Assembly (NCBI GenBank): GCA_963825035.1
Contig: CAWGRT010000007.1
Span: 7,331-71,330, forward strand
DNA from: Candidatus Krumholzibacteriia bacterium
Lineage (GTDB): Bacteria > Krumholzibacteriota > Krumholzibacteriia > LZORAL124-64-63
Direction: 5' to 3'
Length of the DNA stretch: 64,000 nucleotides
Positions within the stretch are counted from its first letter, which is position 1; each line of letters begins with the position of its first letter. Below are positions 19,668-29,515 of the stretch, one piece after another. A program made the translations under genes and the position numbers. The notes under the pieces were generated by a model. It searched no databases. It was not told where the DNA came from and saw only the letters and a list, made by a program, of their open reading frames with translations.

Positions 19668-20517
19668 TCAGACCGCAAGGTCGAATTCGGCCAGCACCGG
19701 GTAGTGGTCCGACGGCACCGCCGCCTCCCGGTGGTCCAGGCCGCGGAAGTCCACCCGGTCGACGCTGGCGCACGTTCAGGCGGCCGCGGTAGAAGACGTA
19801 GTCGATGCGGCGCGGCCCCAGCAGCCGGTGCCCCACGCGGTCGCGCAGGCCCATGCCGCGGAAGGTGCTCCCGGCCGCCTCGTCGCCGCCGGCGGCCAGC
19901 CAGGCGTCGTGCATGGGCTCGAGGTCGCCGTCGCGGTACGGCCATGGCGCGGATCTCCGGCGAGGTGGCCACGGCGTTGAAGTCGCCGGTCAGGAACACC
20001 GGAACGTCCTCGCCCAGTTCCGCGACCTTGCGGCTGACCTGCTCCCGCAGCTGGCGCGCGCTGCGGCGCCGGTGCCAGCTGTTGATGGCCTCCAGGTGGG
20101 TGGTGCCGAACACGAAGGTCCGGCCCGTGGCCACGGTCTCGAAGGTGGTCCAGGTCACCAGGCGCGGGCGGGTGCCCAGGGAATACTGGGAGGCCGGCAC
20201 CTCGGGCGTGGGCGACAGCCAGTAGGATTCGTTGGGCAGCGTCCGGATCGACGGGTCGCACCCGGTCGCGCCGGTAGAAGACGGCGCAGTACCAGCTGCG
20301 GTCGCTGTCGGCCTGCGGCCCGGCCCAGGTTGCCCTCGCCGATGAACTCGTACTCGGGCAGCAGGGCGGCCAGGTCCAGCAGCTGCTGGCGGTTGGCCTC
20401 CTGGGTGCCGATCACGTCGGGGCGCAGGCGCCGGATCAGCCGGGCCACGTTGCGCCGGCGCAGACGCCAGGGGTGGGTGCGCCGCTTCTTGGTGGACGTC
20501 AGCAGATTGAACGTCAT
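19668..20517 (-). CDS. Endonuclease/exonuclease/phosphatase (EEP) family protein, at least 4 frame breaks
   Basis: Pieces recovered in three frames: RVMTFNLL...DVIGTQEANRQQL; LVTWTTFETVATGRTFVFGTTHLEAIN...VPVFLTGDFNA; RIDYVFYRG; SDHYPVLAEFDLAV, then TGA at 19668-19670. The start is uncertain: ATG 20517, or ATG 20646 adding a 43-aa Arg/Pro-rich extension. Confidence 0.65.
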
Positions 20518-20699
20518 CACTCGCAGGTTGCAATCGGTCACGCGAGGTTCACTGTTCTCCTGGTCTGTGGGCCGGCGCCTAGGGGCGAGGCTAGCAGTCG
20601 AGTGTCTTCGTTGATCTCGTGGGGACCGCGGCGGCGGAATGGACATCTTCTACGCTCTGGCCGCGGAATTAGTTCCGGACTTCCCTTATCGGAAATTTA

Positions 20700-20727
20700 A
20701 GTGTATTCCTTTAGAACCGCAAGTCAA
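20700..20727 (-). promoter_or_regulatory. Candidate promoter for the EEP gene in an AT-rich intergenic island
   Basis: Minus strand TTGACT (20727-20722), 16-nt spacer, TACACT (20705-20700). The 20640-20723 region is conspicuously AT-rich against the ~70 % GC background. Confidence 0.25.
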
Positions 20728-21281
20728 TCGAACAAGTCCAGCTGCGGCGGCTGCTCGGGCAGGTCCAGCGCATGCAGGACCCGGGCCATCCATGCCGTCG
20801 CGGCTCTCGGGCCGGCAGCTCCAGCCCGGTCCAGGGCGAATTCCGCCAGGAGCTGGTCGATCAGGCCGTCGATGTCCAGCTGGAAATCCACCGAGGTGTC
20901 GCGGGTGCCGTCGAAGGCCGGCGGCGCGATCACGGGCACCTTGACCAGGCAGGTGTAGGTGCCCATCCAGTGGCGGATGAACGGCTCCAGTTCGGGGCGC
21001 CGCCCGGCCGCGTGCACCATGTAGGCGTAGTTGTCCAGCACCGCCCGGTCGCACACGATCACGTCGTAGGCCGCCGAGAGCTCGATCTCCCGGGCCACCT
21101 GCGTGTGCAGGATCCAGTTCTGGGCCGCGTCCGTGGTCTCGCGGTTGATGGGCAGGGGGCAGCCGCGGGCCACTTCCTTGACCAGGTCCACGCTCAGGTC
21201 CAGCCGCTTCAGCGCCGCGGCCAACTCGAAGCAGAGGGTGGTCTTGCCCACGCCGTGGGTGCCGATGAACGCGATCTTCAT
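20724..21281 (-). CDS. P-loop NTPase (AAA_28/NadR-C-like ATP-binding protein)
   Basis: Intact 185-aa ORF. Walker A in MKIAFIGTHGVGKTTL. Walker B-like DVIVCDRAVLD. Confidence 0.65.
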   Translation of the reverse strand: MKIAFIGTHGVGKTTLCFELAAALKRLDLSVDLVKEVARGCPLPINRETTDAAQNWILHTQVAREIELSAAYDVIVCDRAVLDNYAYMVHAAGRRPELEPFIRHWMGTYTCLVKVPVIAPPAFDGTRDTSVDFQLDIDGLIDQLLAEFALDRAGAAGPRAATAWMARVLHALDLPEQPPQLDLFD

Positions 21282-21330
21282 GGGCGCAAGGTAACCACGC
21301 CCCCGGCCCCTGTCCAGGGGGGCCGGCGGC

Positions 21331-21942
21331 TCACCCGGCTCCGAAGCGGTCGCGGAACACCACCGCGTCCAGGGGCAGTTGCCCGCCGCGGGGACGCGCC
21401 GGCTCCAGCGCCCGCCCCACCGCCACGGCCATGACGATGTCGTGGTCCGCCGGCAGGGCGATGATCCGCCCCGCCTCCGCGAAGTCGAAGCCCACCATGG
21501 GGCAGGTGTCGTAGCCCAGGGCCCTGGCCGCCAGCATCAAGGTCTGGGCCGCCAGCGATCCCGAGCGCAGGTTCTCGTCCCGCCGCTTCTGCGGGTCATC
21601 CTGGAACGCCTTCACCAGCTTGGGCACGATCACCGCCCGCTTCTCCGGCGCCGCGTTGGCCCAGTAGCGCTCGGGCTCCCGGGTCCAGGCCAGACGGTCG
21701 CCGCAGATCATCACCACCAGGGAGGCGTCGGTGAACTGGGCCTGGTCGCGGCCGGCGGCGCGCAGCCGGGCCTTGACGTCCGGATCGGTCACCACCACGA
21801 ACCGCCAGTTCTGCACGTTGTAGGAGGTGGGGCTGAGGATCGTCAGCTCCATCAGCTGGCGGAGGTCGTCCTCGGCCATGGCGTGGTCGGGATCGAACCG
21901 CTTGACCGAACGGCGGGTGCGGATGGCCTGGAACGTGTCCAT
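21331..21942 (-). CDS. Nitroreductase family protein
   Basis: Intact 203-aa ORF. AIRTRRSVKRFDP, SPTSYNVQNWRFVVV, AQTLMLAARALGYDTCPMVGFD. Confidence 0.8.
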   Translation of the reverse strand: MDTFQAIRTRRSVKRFDPDHAMAEDDLRQLMELTILSPTSYNVQNWRFVVVTDPDVKARLRAAGRDQAQFTDASLVVMICGDRLAWTREPERYWANAAPEKRAVIVPKLVKAFQDDPQKRRDENLRSGSLAAQTLMLAARALGYDTCPMVGFDFAEAGRIIALPADHDIVMAVAVGRALEPARPRGGQLPLDAVVFRDRFGAG

Positions 21943-21992
21943 CGGATCCTACCTCTCCTGGACGGTGTGGACGGGTGGTCGCGCTGCCAGGA

Positions 21993-22525
21993 TCAGCCCG
22001 CCGGCGGCGGAGCGCAAGCCCCCGACGTCCGGGGGGGCCGTGCCCGACGCGCCGGCCGGTTGACCACCAGGTGGAAGAGCGCGCAGCCCGCGGCGTAGGC
22101 CAGCACGTCCCGGGGATCGCCGGTGGCCCGGGCGTCCCAACGGGGCAGCAGGCCCTCGAAGAAAAGGGCGTACGCGGCGGTGATCGCCAGCCCGTGGGCC
22201 GGGGGCAGCCGCCAGGCGGGCGCCCGCCCGCCCAGGCGCTGGGCCGCCGTCACCAGGGACAGCACCAGGGGCATGCACACCAGGTCGTCCAGGCTGCCGG
22301 CGGTCCAGGCGGGGGCGATGCCCAGCGCCTCGGCCAGGCGCTCGGCCAGAAAGAGGGCGGCGCAGAGCCCCAGCACCAGGCGGCCGGGGACCGTGCGCGG
22401 AGCCAGCGCGGCGGGCGGCAGCATCAGATGGAGAGGGCCGTGATCAGCGCGGCCAGGCCCAGCGCCACGCCCAGGCTGAGGGCGAGGGAACCGGGGTGCA
22501 GCAGGTTTCTCAGGATCGGGCGCAT
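21993..22525 (-). CDS. Small polytopic membrane protein of unknown function, one frame break
   Basis: A 33-codon ORF from ATG 22525 (MRPILRNLLHPGSLALSLGVALGLAALITALSI) abuts ORF 21993..22424 (..LAERLAEALGIAPAWTAGSLDDLVCMPLVLSLV..) at a TGATG junction. Read together they form one hydrophobic protein. The C-terminal end is uncertain. Confidence 0.4.
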
Positions 22526-22565
22526 GGAGCGTGTCCTTTCGTCGAGGTGGGTGGTGATCGTCCGT

Positions 22566-25401
22566 CTAGGGTTCGCGCGGCGGCGCGGTTCCGGCCGCGG
22601 CGGCCACGCGCCGCACCAGCGAGCCCGGCCCCTGGGCCTGGCTGCAGCGAGGCGCCCAGCGGTCCGCCAGGCGGCGGGCCTCGTCGCAGCGGCCCGCCGC
22701 GGCCAGCCACAGCACCGTCTCGTCCCACAGCTGCCGGCGCACCGCCGGGGCCGGGCCGCCGTCCGTCCCCAGTTCCTGCCAGCGGTCGGCCGCCCGCAGG
22801 AAGCCCGAGGCCGCCTCGTCGAACCGGCCGGCCATGGCCGCCAGCTGGGCGGCCACCGCCCGGTGGGTCGGTTCGGCGCGCAGGGAGGCCAGCAGGGCCC
22901 GCCACCCGGCGTCGGCCGAGGGCCCGTCGCCGCGACCCGCGCCGGGGCTGCCGTCCAGGAGACGCCCCAGGGCCTGGCCCACCGCCAGGCCGGTGGCCGG
23001 ATCCACGTCCGCGAGCATGGTCTGCACCGCGTTGGCCAGCCGCGCGTCGGCCGCCCGCTGGTCCGCGTCGGGCACGACGCCCAGGCACGCGTCCAGCCGG
23101 GCCGTGGCCAGACGCCGCTGCAGCATCAGCAGGTCGGGCCAGCCCGGCCGCCGCCGCGCCGCCGCCGCCAGGATCGCCGCCTGGCGGTCCTGCAGTTCGG
23201 TGGCCGCCGTTTCGAAGGCCGCCAGCCGCGCCCGGTCCCCGGGCAGATCCGTGAGCCGGCCGTCCGCCACGGTGAGGTTGGCCGCCTGCCACCAACCGGA
23301 GAAGCGGGTGTCCCAGGCCGCCGGATCCGCCTGCCGGCCGGGACCGAGCACCGCGAAAACCCGATAATACTCGTTATCCCACAAAGGCGCGAATCCGGGC
23401 ACGTGCAGCGGGTCCAGGTGCAGCCGCACCACCGTCTGCGCCAGGGACGGGGGGCCGACCGCCCCCGCGGTCCAGGCGGTGGAGCCCGGCTCGTCGGCCA
23501 GGGCCAGGGTGCGGTCGATGACCAGGTAGCGGGCATCCAGTTGGCGGCAGAAGGCGTGCAGGGAATCGGCATCCTCGCCGTACAGATCCGCCAGGTACCG
23601 CTGCGTCCGGCGCCGGATCTTGAGGTTCTCGAACTGGGAGTTCAGCACCACGGGCCGTTCGGTGTAGAGCAGCACCTGGGGCGACAGCCCGATGTCGGTG
23701 AGCACCGCCCCCGCGACGCCGGGCTGCGCCGAGCCGGGGCCGGGCGTGTGGCTGGTCAGCCAGCGGAACAGTTCGGTCCGCAGCCGTGTCCGGCCGTCGT
23801 CGCTGGTGCCCAGGTGGGCGGGACGGTCCGGCGTGGACGTCGCGGGCCGCCGCCAGGGGACCGCCCAGGTTCACCGGCACGTTGGCCGCGGCCAGGACCC
23901 CCAGCACCGCGCCGGCGAGCCAACCCGCGCGGCCGGCGGTCCGGGCCGGCCGCCGCAGAAGCTCCTGCACCATCAGGGCCGCGGCCACCGCGGCGAACGG
24001 CAGCAGCACCACCCCCAGGCGCGCCGCCAGCACGTAGCCGGCGGCGTAGACCGGGACGATCAGCAGAAAGCCCCGTCGCCAGGGCGACGCGGCGCGCCCC
24101 AGGGCCGCGGCCAGCGACCAGAGGACGGCCGCCGCCAGCAGGATCGCGTGCAGGCCCAGTCCGCTGCGCACCTCGGCCAGGCCGGGGGTGTTGAAGGGCG
24201 GCGCCCAGAATTCCCGCACCGCGAAGGTGAGGGCCGCCGGGTCATCGGGGCGCACCAGGCCGTGGCGCAGCTTGGCCAGCAGCAGGCCCGAGACGTGGCC
24301 GTAGTCCCCGCCGTAGGCAGGGTTCAGGTAGGCCGCGGCCACGGCGACGCCGGTCAGCAGCAGCAGCACGGCCACCCGCCCCGCCGCGCGCCGGCCCAGC
24401 GGACCCAGCCGCGGCGCGAGCAGGACGGCGGCCAGCCAGGCCGCCGGTACGGCGGTGGCCGGCCCCGCCACGAACCAACGGGCCCACAGGGACGGAGTCA
24501 GCCCCGCCAGCAGGAAGGCGGCCAGGTAGGCCCCGGGCATGAACCACACGGGCTGGCGATGCTCCTCGTCCGGCGTTCCCGGTTCCGGAGCCGGGCCCGC
24601 CGCCAGGTGGGCCACCGCCGCGGCGCCCAGCAGGGCGGCGGTCAGGAACTGGGCCAGGTGCCAGCTGGCCAGCAGCGGCACGAGCACCAGGGCGGCCAGG
24701 ATGGTCAGCACCCGGCCCTGGCGCCGCCAGGCCCACAGGTGCAGGGCCACGAAGGTCGACAGCAGCAGGAGGGCGAAGTCCTCCTTCAGCAGCAGCGAGC
24801 CCGCCAGCCGTGCGAAGCCGAGACGGCAGGTGGCCGCCACCAGGGCCGCCCCCACCGCCGTCGGGCGCTCGGCACCCAGCGCCCGCGCCGCGGCGTACAC
24901 GGGGAACAGCAGCAGCACGTGGATCAGCGGGATCAGCCCCAGCAGGAACTCCACGAAGGGCCTGGCCTGGTCCCCGGCCAGGCGGTAGAGGAAGCCGTAG
25001 ACCGGTTCCATCAGAAGGGTGTACTCGCGCCAGGCGTCCACCCCGTCCGGATGCTGCTGGGCGGTGTCGTCGCGCAGCACCGCCGGGCGCGGGCCGCCGT
25101 CGGCGGCGAACATCAAGGCCACCCGGTACTGGAAGGCGCGCTCGCTCCAGAAATAGCCGTAGTGCCCCAGCTGGCTGACCCGGGCGTCGGGCGTGGGCGC
25201 GGCGGACCCGGCCGGATCGGGTCCGGGCACGCGGATGTCCTGCAGGGGGGGATCGCCCTGGGCTGCGAAGCTGCGGTAGACGGCGGTGGCGGTGCCCGCC
25301 ACCAGCTGCCAGGAAAGGACGGCCACCACGACGACGACGGCCAGGGCCGCGAGTTCGGCCCAGGGCGGTCGGCGGCGGCGGGGAACGGTGCGTGGGGCCA
25401 T
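22566..25401 (-). CDS. Large polytopic membrane protein, GT-C-like glycosyltransferase candidate with soluble C-terminal helical domain (~945 aa), one frame break
   Basis: ATG 25401 (MAPRTVPRRRRPPWAELAALAVVVVVAVL). At least 10 hydrophobic segments, e.g. FLLGLIPLIHVLLLFPVYAAA, LLLLSTFVALHLWAW, VLTILAALVLVPLLASW. Break at ~23815 joins to ..ELFRWLTSHTPG..LTDIGLSPQVLLYTERPVVLNSQFENLKIRRRTQRYL. Then a ~250-aa Ala/Arg/Leu-rich helical-repeat tail. The functional call is tentative. Confidence 0.45.
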
Positions 25402-25594
25402 GCGGCGGCGTCCTTCCGGGGTGCGGCGGACGGCGGGTCCACCGGTCGGGCAGTGTAGCACCGGGGACCGGAGGTGCCCACCCCCGAACCGGCGGGCCGC
25501 GGTCCGGCGCCTGAAACCTTGACTCCCGACCACACGTCCCTGACGCTGATCACTGCCGATCACCGGCCGGCCCTGTCCCGACGATCCCGGGGAG

Positions 25595-26467
25595 ATGACG
25601 ATGCCGCGCTTCCGCCTCCGCCCGCACGCCACCCTGCCGGCGGCCCTCCTGCTGCTCCTGGCTTCCACCTCTGTCCCGGCCCGCGCCGGCGGCCTGGGCC
25701 TGCCCACGGACCGCGCCGGCCTGGGCTTCGGCAACCTGCCCGCGTTCGCCGGCCTGCGCCTGGGCATCCGCGACCGGGAGGTGGAGCGGATGCAGGGCCT
25801 CAACGTCCAGCTCTGGGCGCCCAGCCACAACGAGCACGCCGAGTACCAGGGCCTGGACCTGAGCCTGGTGGGATGCGAGGGCGGACGGCATCAGGGCCTG
25901 GCCGCGGGCCTCGTGGGCGTGGGCGGCGGCCGGGTGCAGGGCGTGGCCCTCGGCGGGATCGGCGTGGGCTGCGACGACGCCCAGGGACTGCTGGTGGGCG
26001 GGCTGGGCGTGGGCGCGAACGACGTCACCGGCGTGGCCGTGGGCGGCCTCGGGGTCGGCGGCAACGACCTGACCGGCCTGATGGTCGGCGGTCTCGGGAT
26101 CGGCGGCGACGACCTGACCGGCCTGATGCTGGGCGGCCTGGGCGTGGGCGGCGAAGACCTGACGGGCCTGATGCTGGGCGGCCTGGGCGTGGGCGGCAGC
26201 CGCCTGGCCGGGGTGATGGTCGGCGGCCTGGGTGTCGGCGGCGACAGCCTGCAGGGCGTCGGCCTGGCGCTGGGCCACCTGAGGTTCGACGACCTGACCG
26301 GCCTGGGCACCGGCGCCTACACCCGCACCCGCGTCACGACCGGCGTGACCATCGGCGTCTTCAACTCCGCGGACGTGCTGCACGGGGTGCAGATCGGCCT
26401 GCTGAACCGGGCGGGCAACAACCCCGCCGGGCTGCAGTGGCTGCCGGGCATCAACGCGCACTTCTGA
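25595..26467 (+). CDS. Secreted Gly-rich tandem-repeat protein ending in C-terminal Phe (outer-membrane/surface candidate)
   Basis: Intact 290-aa ORF. Signal peptide MTMPRFRLRPHATLPAALLLLLASTSVPARA. About nine 15-aa units such as GLMVGGLGIGGDDLT and GLMLGGLGVGGEDLT. C-terminus GVQIGLLNRAGNNPAGLQWLPGINAHF. Confidence 0.7.
   Translation: MTMPRFRLRPHATLPAALLLLLASTSVPARAGGLGLPTDRAGLGFGNLPAFAGLRLGIRDREVERMQGLNVQLWAPSHNEHAEYQGLDLSLVGCEGGRHQGLAAGLVGVGGGRVQGVALGGIGVGCDDAQGLLVGGLGVGANDVTGVAVGGLGVGGNDLTGLMVGGLGIGGDDLTGLMLGGLGVGGEDLTGLMLGGLGVGGSRLAGVMVGGLGVGGDSLQGVGLALGHLRFDDLTGLGTGAYTRTRVTTGVTIGVFNSADVLHGVQIGLLNRAGNNPAGLQWLPGINAHF
25895..26299 (+). repeat. Coding tandem repeat, 45-bp unit x ~9 (15-aa G-[LV]-x-[LV]-G-G-[LI]-G-[VI]-G-G-x-D-[LV]-T)
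   Basis: Protein residues 101-235 of the 25595..26467 gene: GLAAGLVGVGGGRVQ GVALGGIGVGCDDAQ GLLVGGLGVGANDVT GVAVGGLGVGGNDLT GLMVGGLGIGGDDLT GLMLGGLGVGGEDLT GLMLGGLGVGGSRLA GVMVGGLGVGGDSLQ GVGLALGHLRFDDLT. Confidence 0.8.
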
Positions 26468-26572
26468 GCCGCAGGTCGCTGGCGCAGTTCCTCTTGACCC
26501 CGGCGGGCGCATCGATCACGTTGTTTCAACATCGTGCGACGATCCCATCGGGAGAGACCGGGAGGAACCGGC

Positions 26573-28453
26573 ATGACCGCGCGCCGCATCCGTCGCTTCG
26601 TGTTGCCCTCGATCCTGCTGGCCGCCGTCGCGGCCGTGGTCCTGGGCTGGTCCCGCCTCATCAACGCCATGCTGCCGGCCGACAGCCGGCCCGCAGCCAT
26701 GACCTTCCCCGTCGGGGCCGTGGACGACGCGGGCTTCGACCTTGTGGCGGCCGACCTGGCGCGCGACCTGCCGGGCACCGCCCTCGACCACGTGGCCCGC
26801 TTCCGGGAGGCGGGCGTCCGCAGCTACGAGGGACCGCGCACCTGCCGGGGATGCCACGAGACCGTGTCGTGGACCGGCGCCGACGGCCGCCCCCGCCGGG
26901 CCGACCTGCTGGACGACGTCACCGGCTCGGCCCATTACCGCTTCTTCACCACCGCCCACACCAACGTGTGGGGCTTCAACGGCAAGTCGGCCGACGGCTT
27001 CGCCATGGGCAAGCTCAACCGGCCCTGCCCCAAGCCGGGCAGCTTCGCCATGACCGCCTGGGCCGAACTGGTGGTCACCCAGCGGGGCGACACCCTGAGC
27101 GAGGGCTGCGGCCAGTGCCACATCGGCGGCCAGGGCCAGGCGCCCCTGGGCGGCCTGATGCCCTTCTACACGCCGGTGGCCGCGGAGAAGGACGCCATCG
27201 ACTGCCTGATCTGCCACGCGGCGGCCTACGACATGGACCGGCGGCAGGTGGAGCGGGATCCCAACGGCCGCCTGCGCTGGGGCCAGGACCGCAGCCTGCG
27301 CGCGGCCCTGTCGGTGGGTCGGCCCGGCAGCACGGCCTGCCTGCGCTGCCACCAGCACGACCTGGGCGGCGACATCTACGTGGAGAAGGGCGCCGAGGCA
27401 TTCATGCCGAGCCTGACCGCCAACAACGGCGCGCGGCCGCGGGTGATCCATCCCGGTTCCAAGCGCGGCACCCCCTTCTCCCCCGCCTGGGACGTGCACG
27501 CGGCCGCGGGCGTCCAGTGCCTGGACTGCCACGAGGCCCGGGGCCACCGCATCGCCAAGGGCACCCACACCACCACCATGATGGCCAACGACCTGCCCGA
27601 CGTGGAGGTGGCCTGCACCAACTGCCACGCGGCCCCGGTGCACCGCGACGTGGCCCGGGGTGCGGCCATCGACGACCACCTGGCGACGGTGGCCTGCGTC
27701 ACCTGCCACATCCCCTCGCTGCACCCGGACAACGCCACGCGGCGCGACTTCTTCGTCACCGACTACGAGGAGGACCAGGGCATCTTCGTCTACCGCGACG
27801 AGGCCAAGCTGACCGCGCCGGGCGAGGGCCTGGCCTACGTGTGGTGGAACGGGGACGCCACCTTCCTGGGCAACCCCATCGGCGACAATCCCAACGGCGC
27901 GGGGCTGTACCGGTTCTACGACGCGGCCCACCGCTGGCCCGAGTTCGCGGACTTCGACTACGCCGGCTGGTACGAGCGGGTGATGCGCCCCATCGCGCAG
28001 CGGCGCCCCAGCAAGCTGTACGCCATGAAGCGCTTCAACGGGCGGCAGCACATCGACCTGGGCAACATCGGACCCTTCGGCGGCATGTTCGTGCCCTACA
28101 ACCTGCCCCTCTACTACCGCGACGGCGATCCCGACGCGGCGGCGCGGGCCGAGCTGCAGAAGCCGATGATGAGGATGATGTACGGGAAGCTCTTCAAGTT
28201 CTACATGCTGGACCGCTTCATGGCCTTCATGGCCATCGACGGCTGGAACACCGGCGCCTGGCGGGACGCGTCGGCGGGGCGGCACACCGAGCCCCGCTGG
28301 CTGCCGACGGACGCCATGCTCGAGGTGAGCCACGCCATCCGTCGCCAGGGGGCGCTGACCTGCGACCGCTGCCACGGGCCCGACGGGGTGCTGGACTGGG
28401 CGGCGCTGGGGTACCGGCCCGACGAGATCGCCGGCCTGGCGGCACCGCGCTAG
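26573..28453 (+). CDS. Membrane-anchored octaheme c-type cytochrome
   Basis: Intact frame. ATG 26573 preceded by GGAGGA. N-terminal anchor RRIRRFVLPSILLAAVAAVVLGW. Eight CxxCH motifs: CRGCH, CGQCH, CLICH, CLRCH, CLDCH, CTNCH, CVTCH, CDRCH. Confidence 0.85.
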   Translation: MTARRIRRFVLPSILLAAVAAVVLGWSRLINAMLPADSRPAAMTFPVGAVDDAGFDLVAADLARDLPGTALDHVARFREAGVRSYEGPRTCRGCHETVSWTGADGRPRRADLLDDVTGSAHYRFFTTAHTNVWGFNGKSADGFAMGKLNRPCPKPGSFAMTAWAELVVTQRGDTLSEGCGQCHIGGQGQAPLGGLMPFYTPVAAEKDAIDCLICHAAAYDMDRRQVERDPNGRLRWGQDRSLRAALSVGRPGSTACLRCHQHDLGGDIYVEKGAEAFMPSLTANNGARPRVIHPGSKRGTPFSPAWDVHAAAGVQCLDCHEARGHRIAKGTHTTTMMANDLPDVEVACTNCHAAPVHRDVARGAAIDDHLATVACVTCHIPSLHPDNATRRDFFVTDYEEDQGIFVYRDEAKLTAPGEGLAYVWWNGDATFLGNPIGDNPNGAGLYRFYDAAHRWPEFADFDYAGWYERVMRPIAQRRPSKLYAMKRFNGRQHIDLGNIGPFGGMFVPYNLPLYYRDGDPDAAARAELQKPMMRMMYGKLFKFYMLDRFMAFMAIDGWNTGAWRDASAGRHTEPRWLPTDAMLEVSHAIRRQGALTCDRCHGPDGVLDWAALGYRPDEIAGLAAPR

Positions 28454-28460
28454 GCGGTGC

Positions 28461-29024
28461 TCAGGGCCGGCGGGCGGCCAGGGCGGCGGCCACCCCGCGG
28501 CTGGCCGGCAGGCGGAACGACTCGGGCGGCGCGAAGGTCCAGAACTCCTCCAGCTCCCGCGAACCGGTGGTGCGCTCGTAGACCAGGGCCTGGGCCAGCA
28601 GGTCCAGGCGGTCGGCGTCGCGGACCAGCTGCGCCTCGGCGGTGCGCTGCTCCTCGAACTCCTCCCACGCCCCGCGCCAGCCGGCGAAGAAGGGCAGGCC
28701 GGCGCCCACCTCGTCCAGGGCCGCGGCCTCGGCGGCCGCCTTGGCTCCGGGCGGCAGCAGCCGCGACGCGCCCAGCGACAGGTCCCCGGTCACGCTCTCG
28801 GCCAGATCGTGGAGCACCGCCATGGTCAGCACCCGGGCCCGGTCCACCGGACCGTCGTGCAGCTCGCAGAGCAGCAGCGCGGCCACGGCCACCCCGTGGC
28901 TGTGGTCGGCCACGCTCTCGGCGCGGGGCACGCCGCGCTGCAGCCAGCCGGTCCGCGGGGTGGTCTTCAGGCGGCCGGCCTGCAGCAGCAGGTCGGCCAG
29001 GCGGTCGGCGGAGGGCTGGCTCAC
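28461..29024 (-). CDS. HD-domain phosphohydrolase (YfbR/5'-deoxynucleotidase-like)
   Basis: Intact 187-aa ORF. LKTTPRTGWLQRGVPRAESVADHSHGVAVAALLL, AVLHDLAESVTGD, VRDADRLDLLAQA. Confidence 0.8.
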   Translation of the reverse strand: MSQPSADRLADLLLQAGRLKTTPRTGWLQRGVPRAESVADHSHGVAVAALLLCELHDGPVDRARVLTMAVLHDLAESVTGDLSLGASRLLPPGAKAAAEAAALDEVGAGLPFFAGWRGAWEEFEEQRTAEAQLVRDADRLDLLAQALVYERTTGSRELEEFWTFAPPESFRLPASRGVAAALAARRP

Positions 29025-29035
29025 GGCGGTCCCTT

Positions 29036-29362
29036 TCAGTCGCGGCGGAAGAGTTCCTTGTCCTGGAGCTTGAGCACGTCGCCCACGTTGCCCGCGACCT
29101 TGAGCTTGCCGGTCATGAAGGCGGTCATGGGGTTGATGCTGCCGTCCACGACGCCCAGCCAGGTCTCGTCGGAGGCCTGCACGCGGCTGGTGGCGCCCTG
29201 GTCGTCGCCCTCGGTGACGGTGCAGGCACCGTCGGCGATGGCCACGGTGAAGTCGCCGCCCCGGGGCCCGGCGATGTTGAACTGGATGCGGGCGGTCCAG
29301 CCGCCGGCGGCGACGGGCCGGAAGCGGTCGGCCATGGCGAAGAAGAGGGTGCGGCAGTCCAT
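29036..29362 (-). CDS. SCP2 sterol-binding-domain protein
   Basis: ATG 29362 preceded by GAGAGG. ARIQFNIAGPRGGDFTVAI...INPMTAFMTGKLKVAGNVGDVLKLQ. It lies 11 nt upstream of the HD gene. Confidence 0.7.
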   Translation of the reverse strand: MDCRTLFFAMADRFRPVAAGGWTARIQFNIAGPRGGDFTVAIADGACTVTEGDDQGATSRVQASDETWLGVVDGSINPMTAFMTGKLKVAGNVGDVLKLQDKELFRRD

Positions 29363-29449
29363 GGGAACCTCTCGGGCGGCGGGAAAGGGCGACGGGATCG
29401 GGGCCAATCTAGCACCCGGCCCGGGGCGGGGCCAAGGCGGAATGGCGAA

Positions 29450-29473
29450 GGGGCGGACCCGCGGGCCCGCCCC
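29450..29473 (-). terminator. GC-rich stem-loop after the por operon
   Basis: GGGGCGGACCCGCGGGCCCGCCCC forms a ~10-bp stem with one mismatch, 43 nt downstream of the porB stop (29516). There is no clear U-tract. Confidence 0.35.
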
Positions 29474-29515
29474 TTCCCGATCGTCCCGATCGTCCTGAAC
29501 GCGGCGGGATCGGCG

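Noticed and set aside
20520-20723. AT-rich intergenic islands (also 5590..5640, 11725..11740, 37950..37995, 51400..51450) inspected for tRNA, riboswitch or small RNA genes
   Set aside because: No cloverleaf-compatible sequence, T-loop (GTTCGAATC-like) motif or recognisable riboswitch core was seen. They are more simply promoter/UTR regions. I cannot exclude small RNAs without covariance-model searches.
25895-26299. Regular 45-bp repeats (and 15-bp repeats at 56107..56241) as possible CRISPR or satellite arrays
   Set aside because: There are no unique spacers. The repeats are in-frame coding units of intact genes, with amino-acid-level periodicity.
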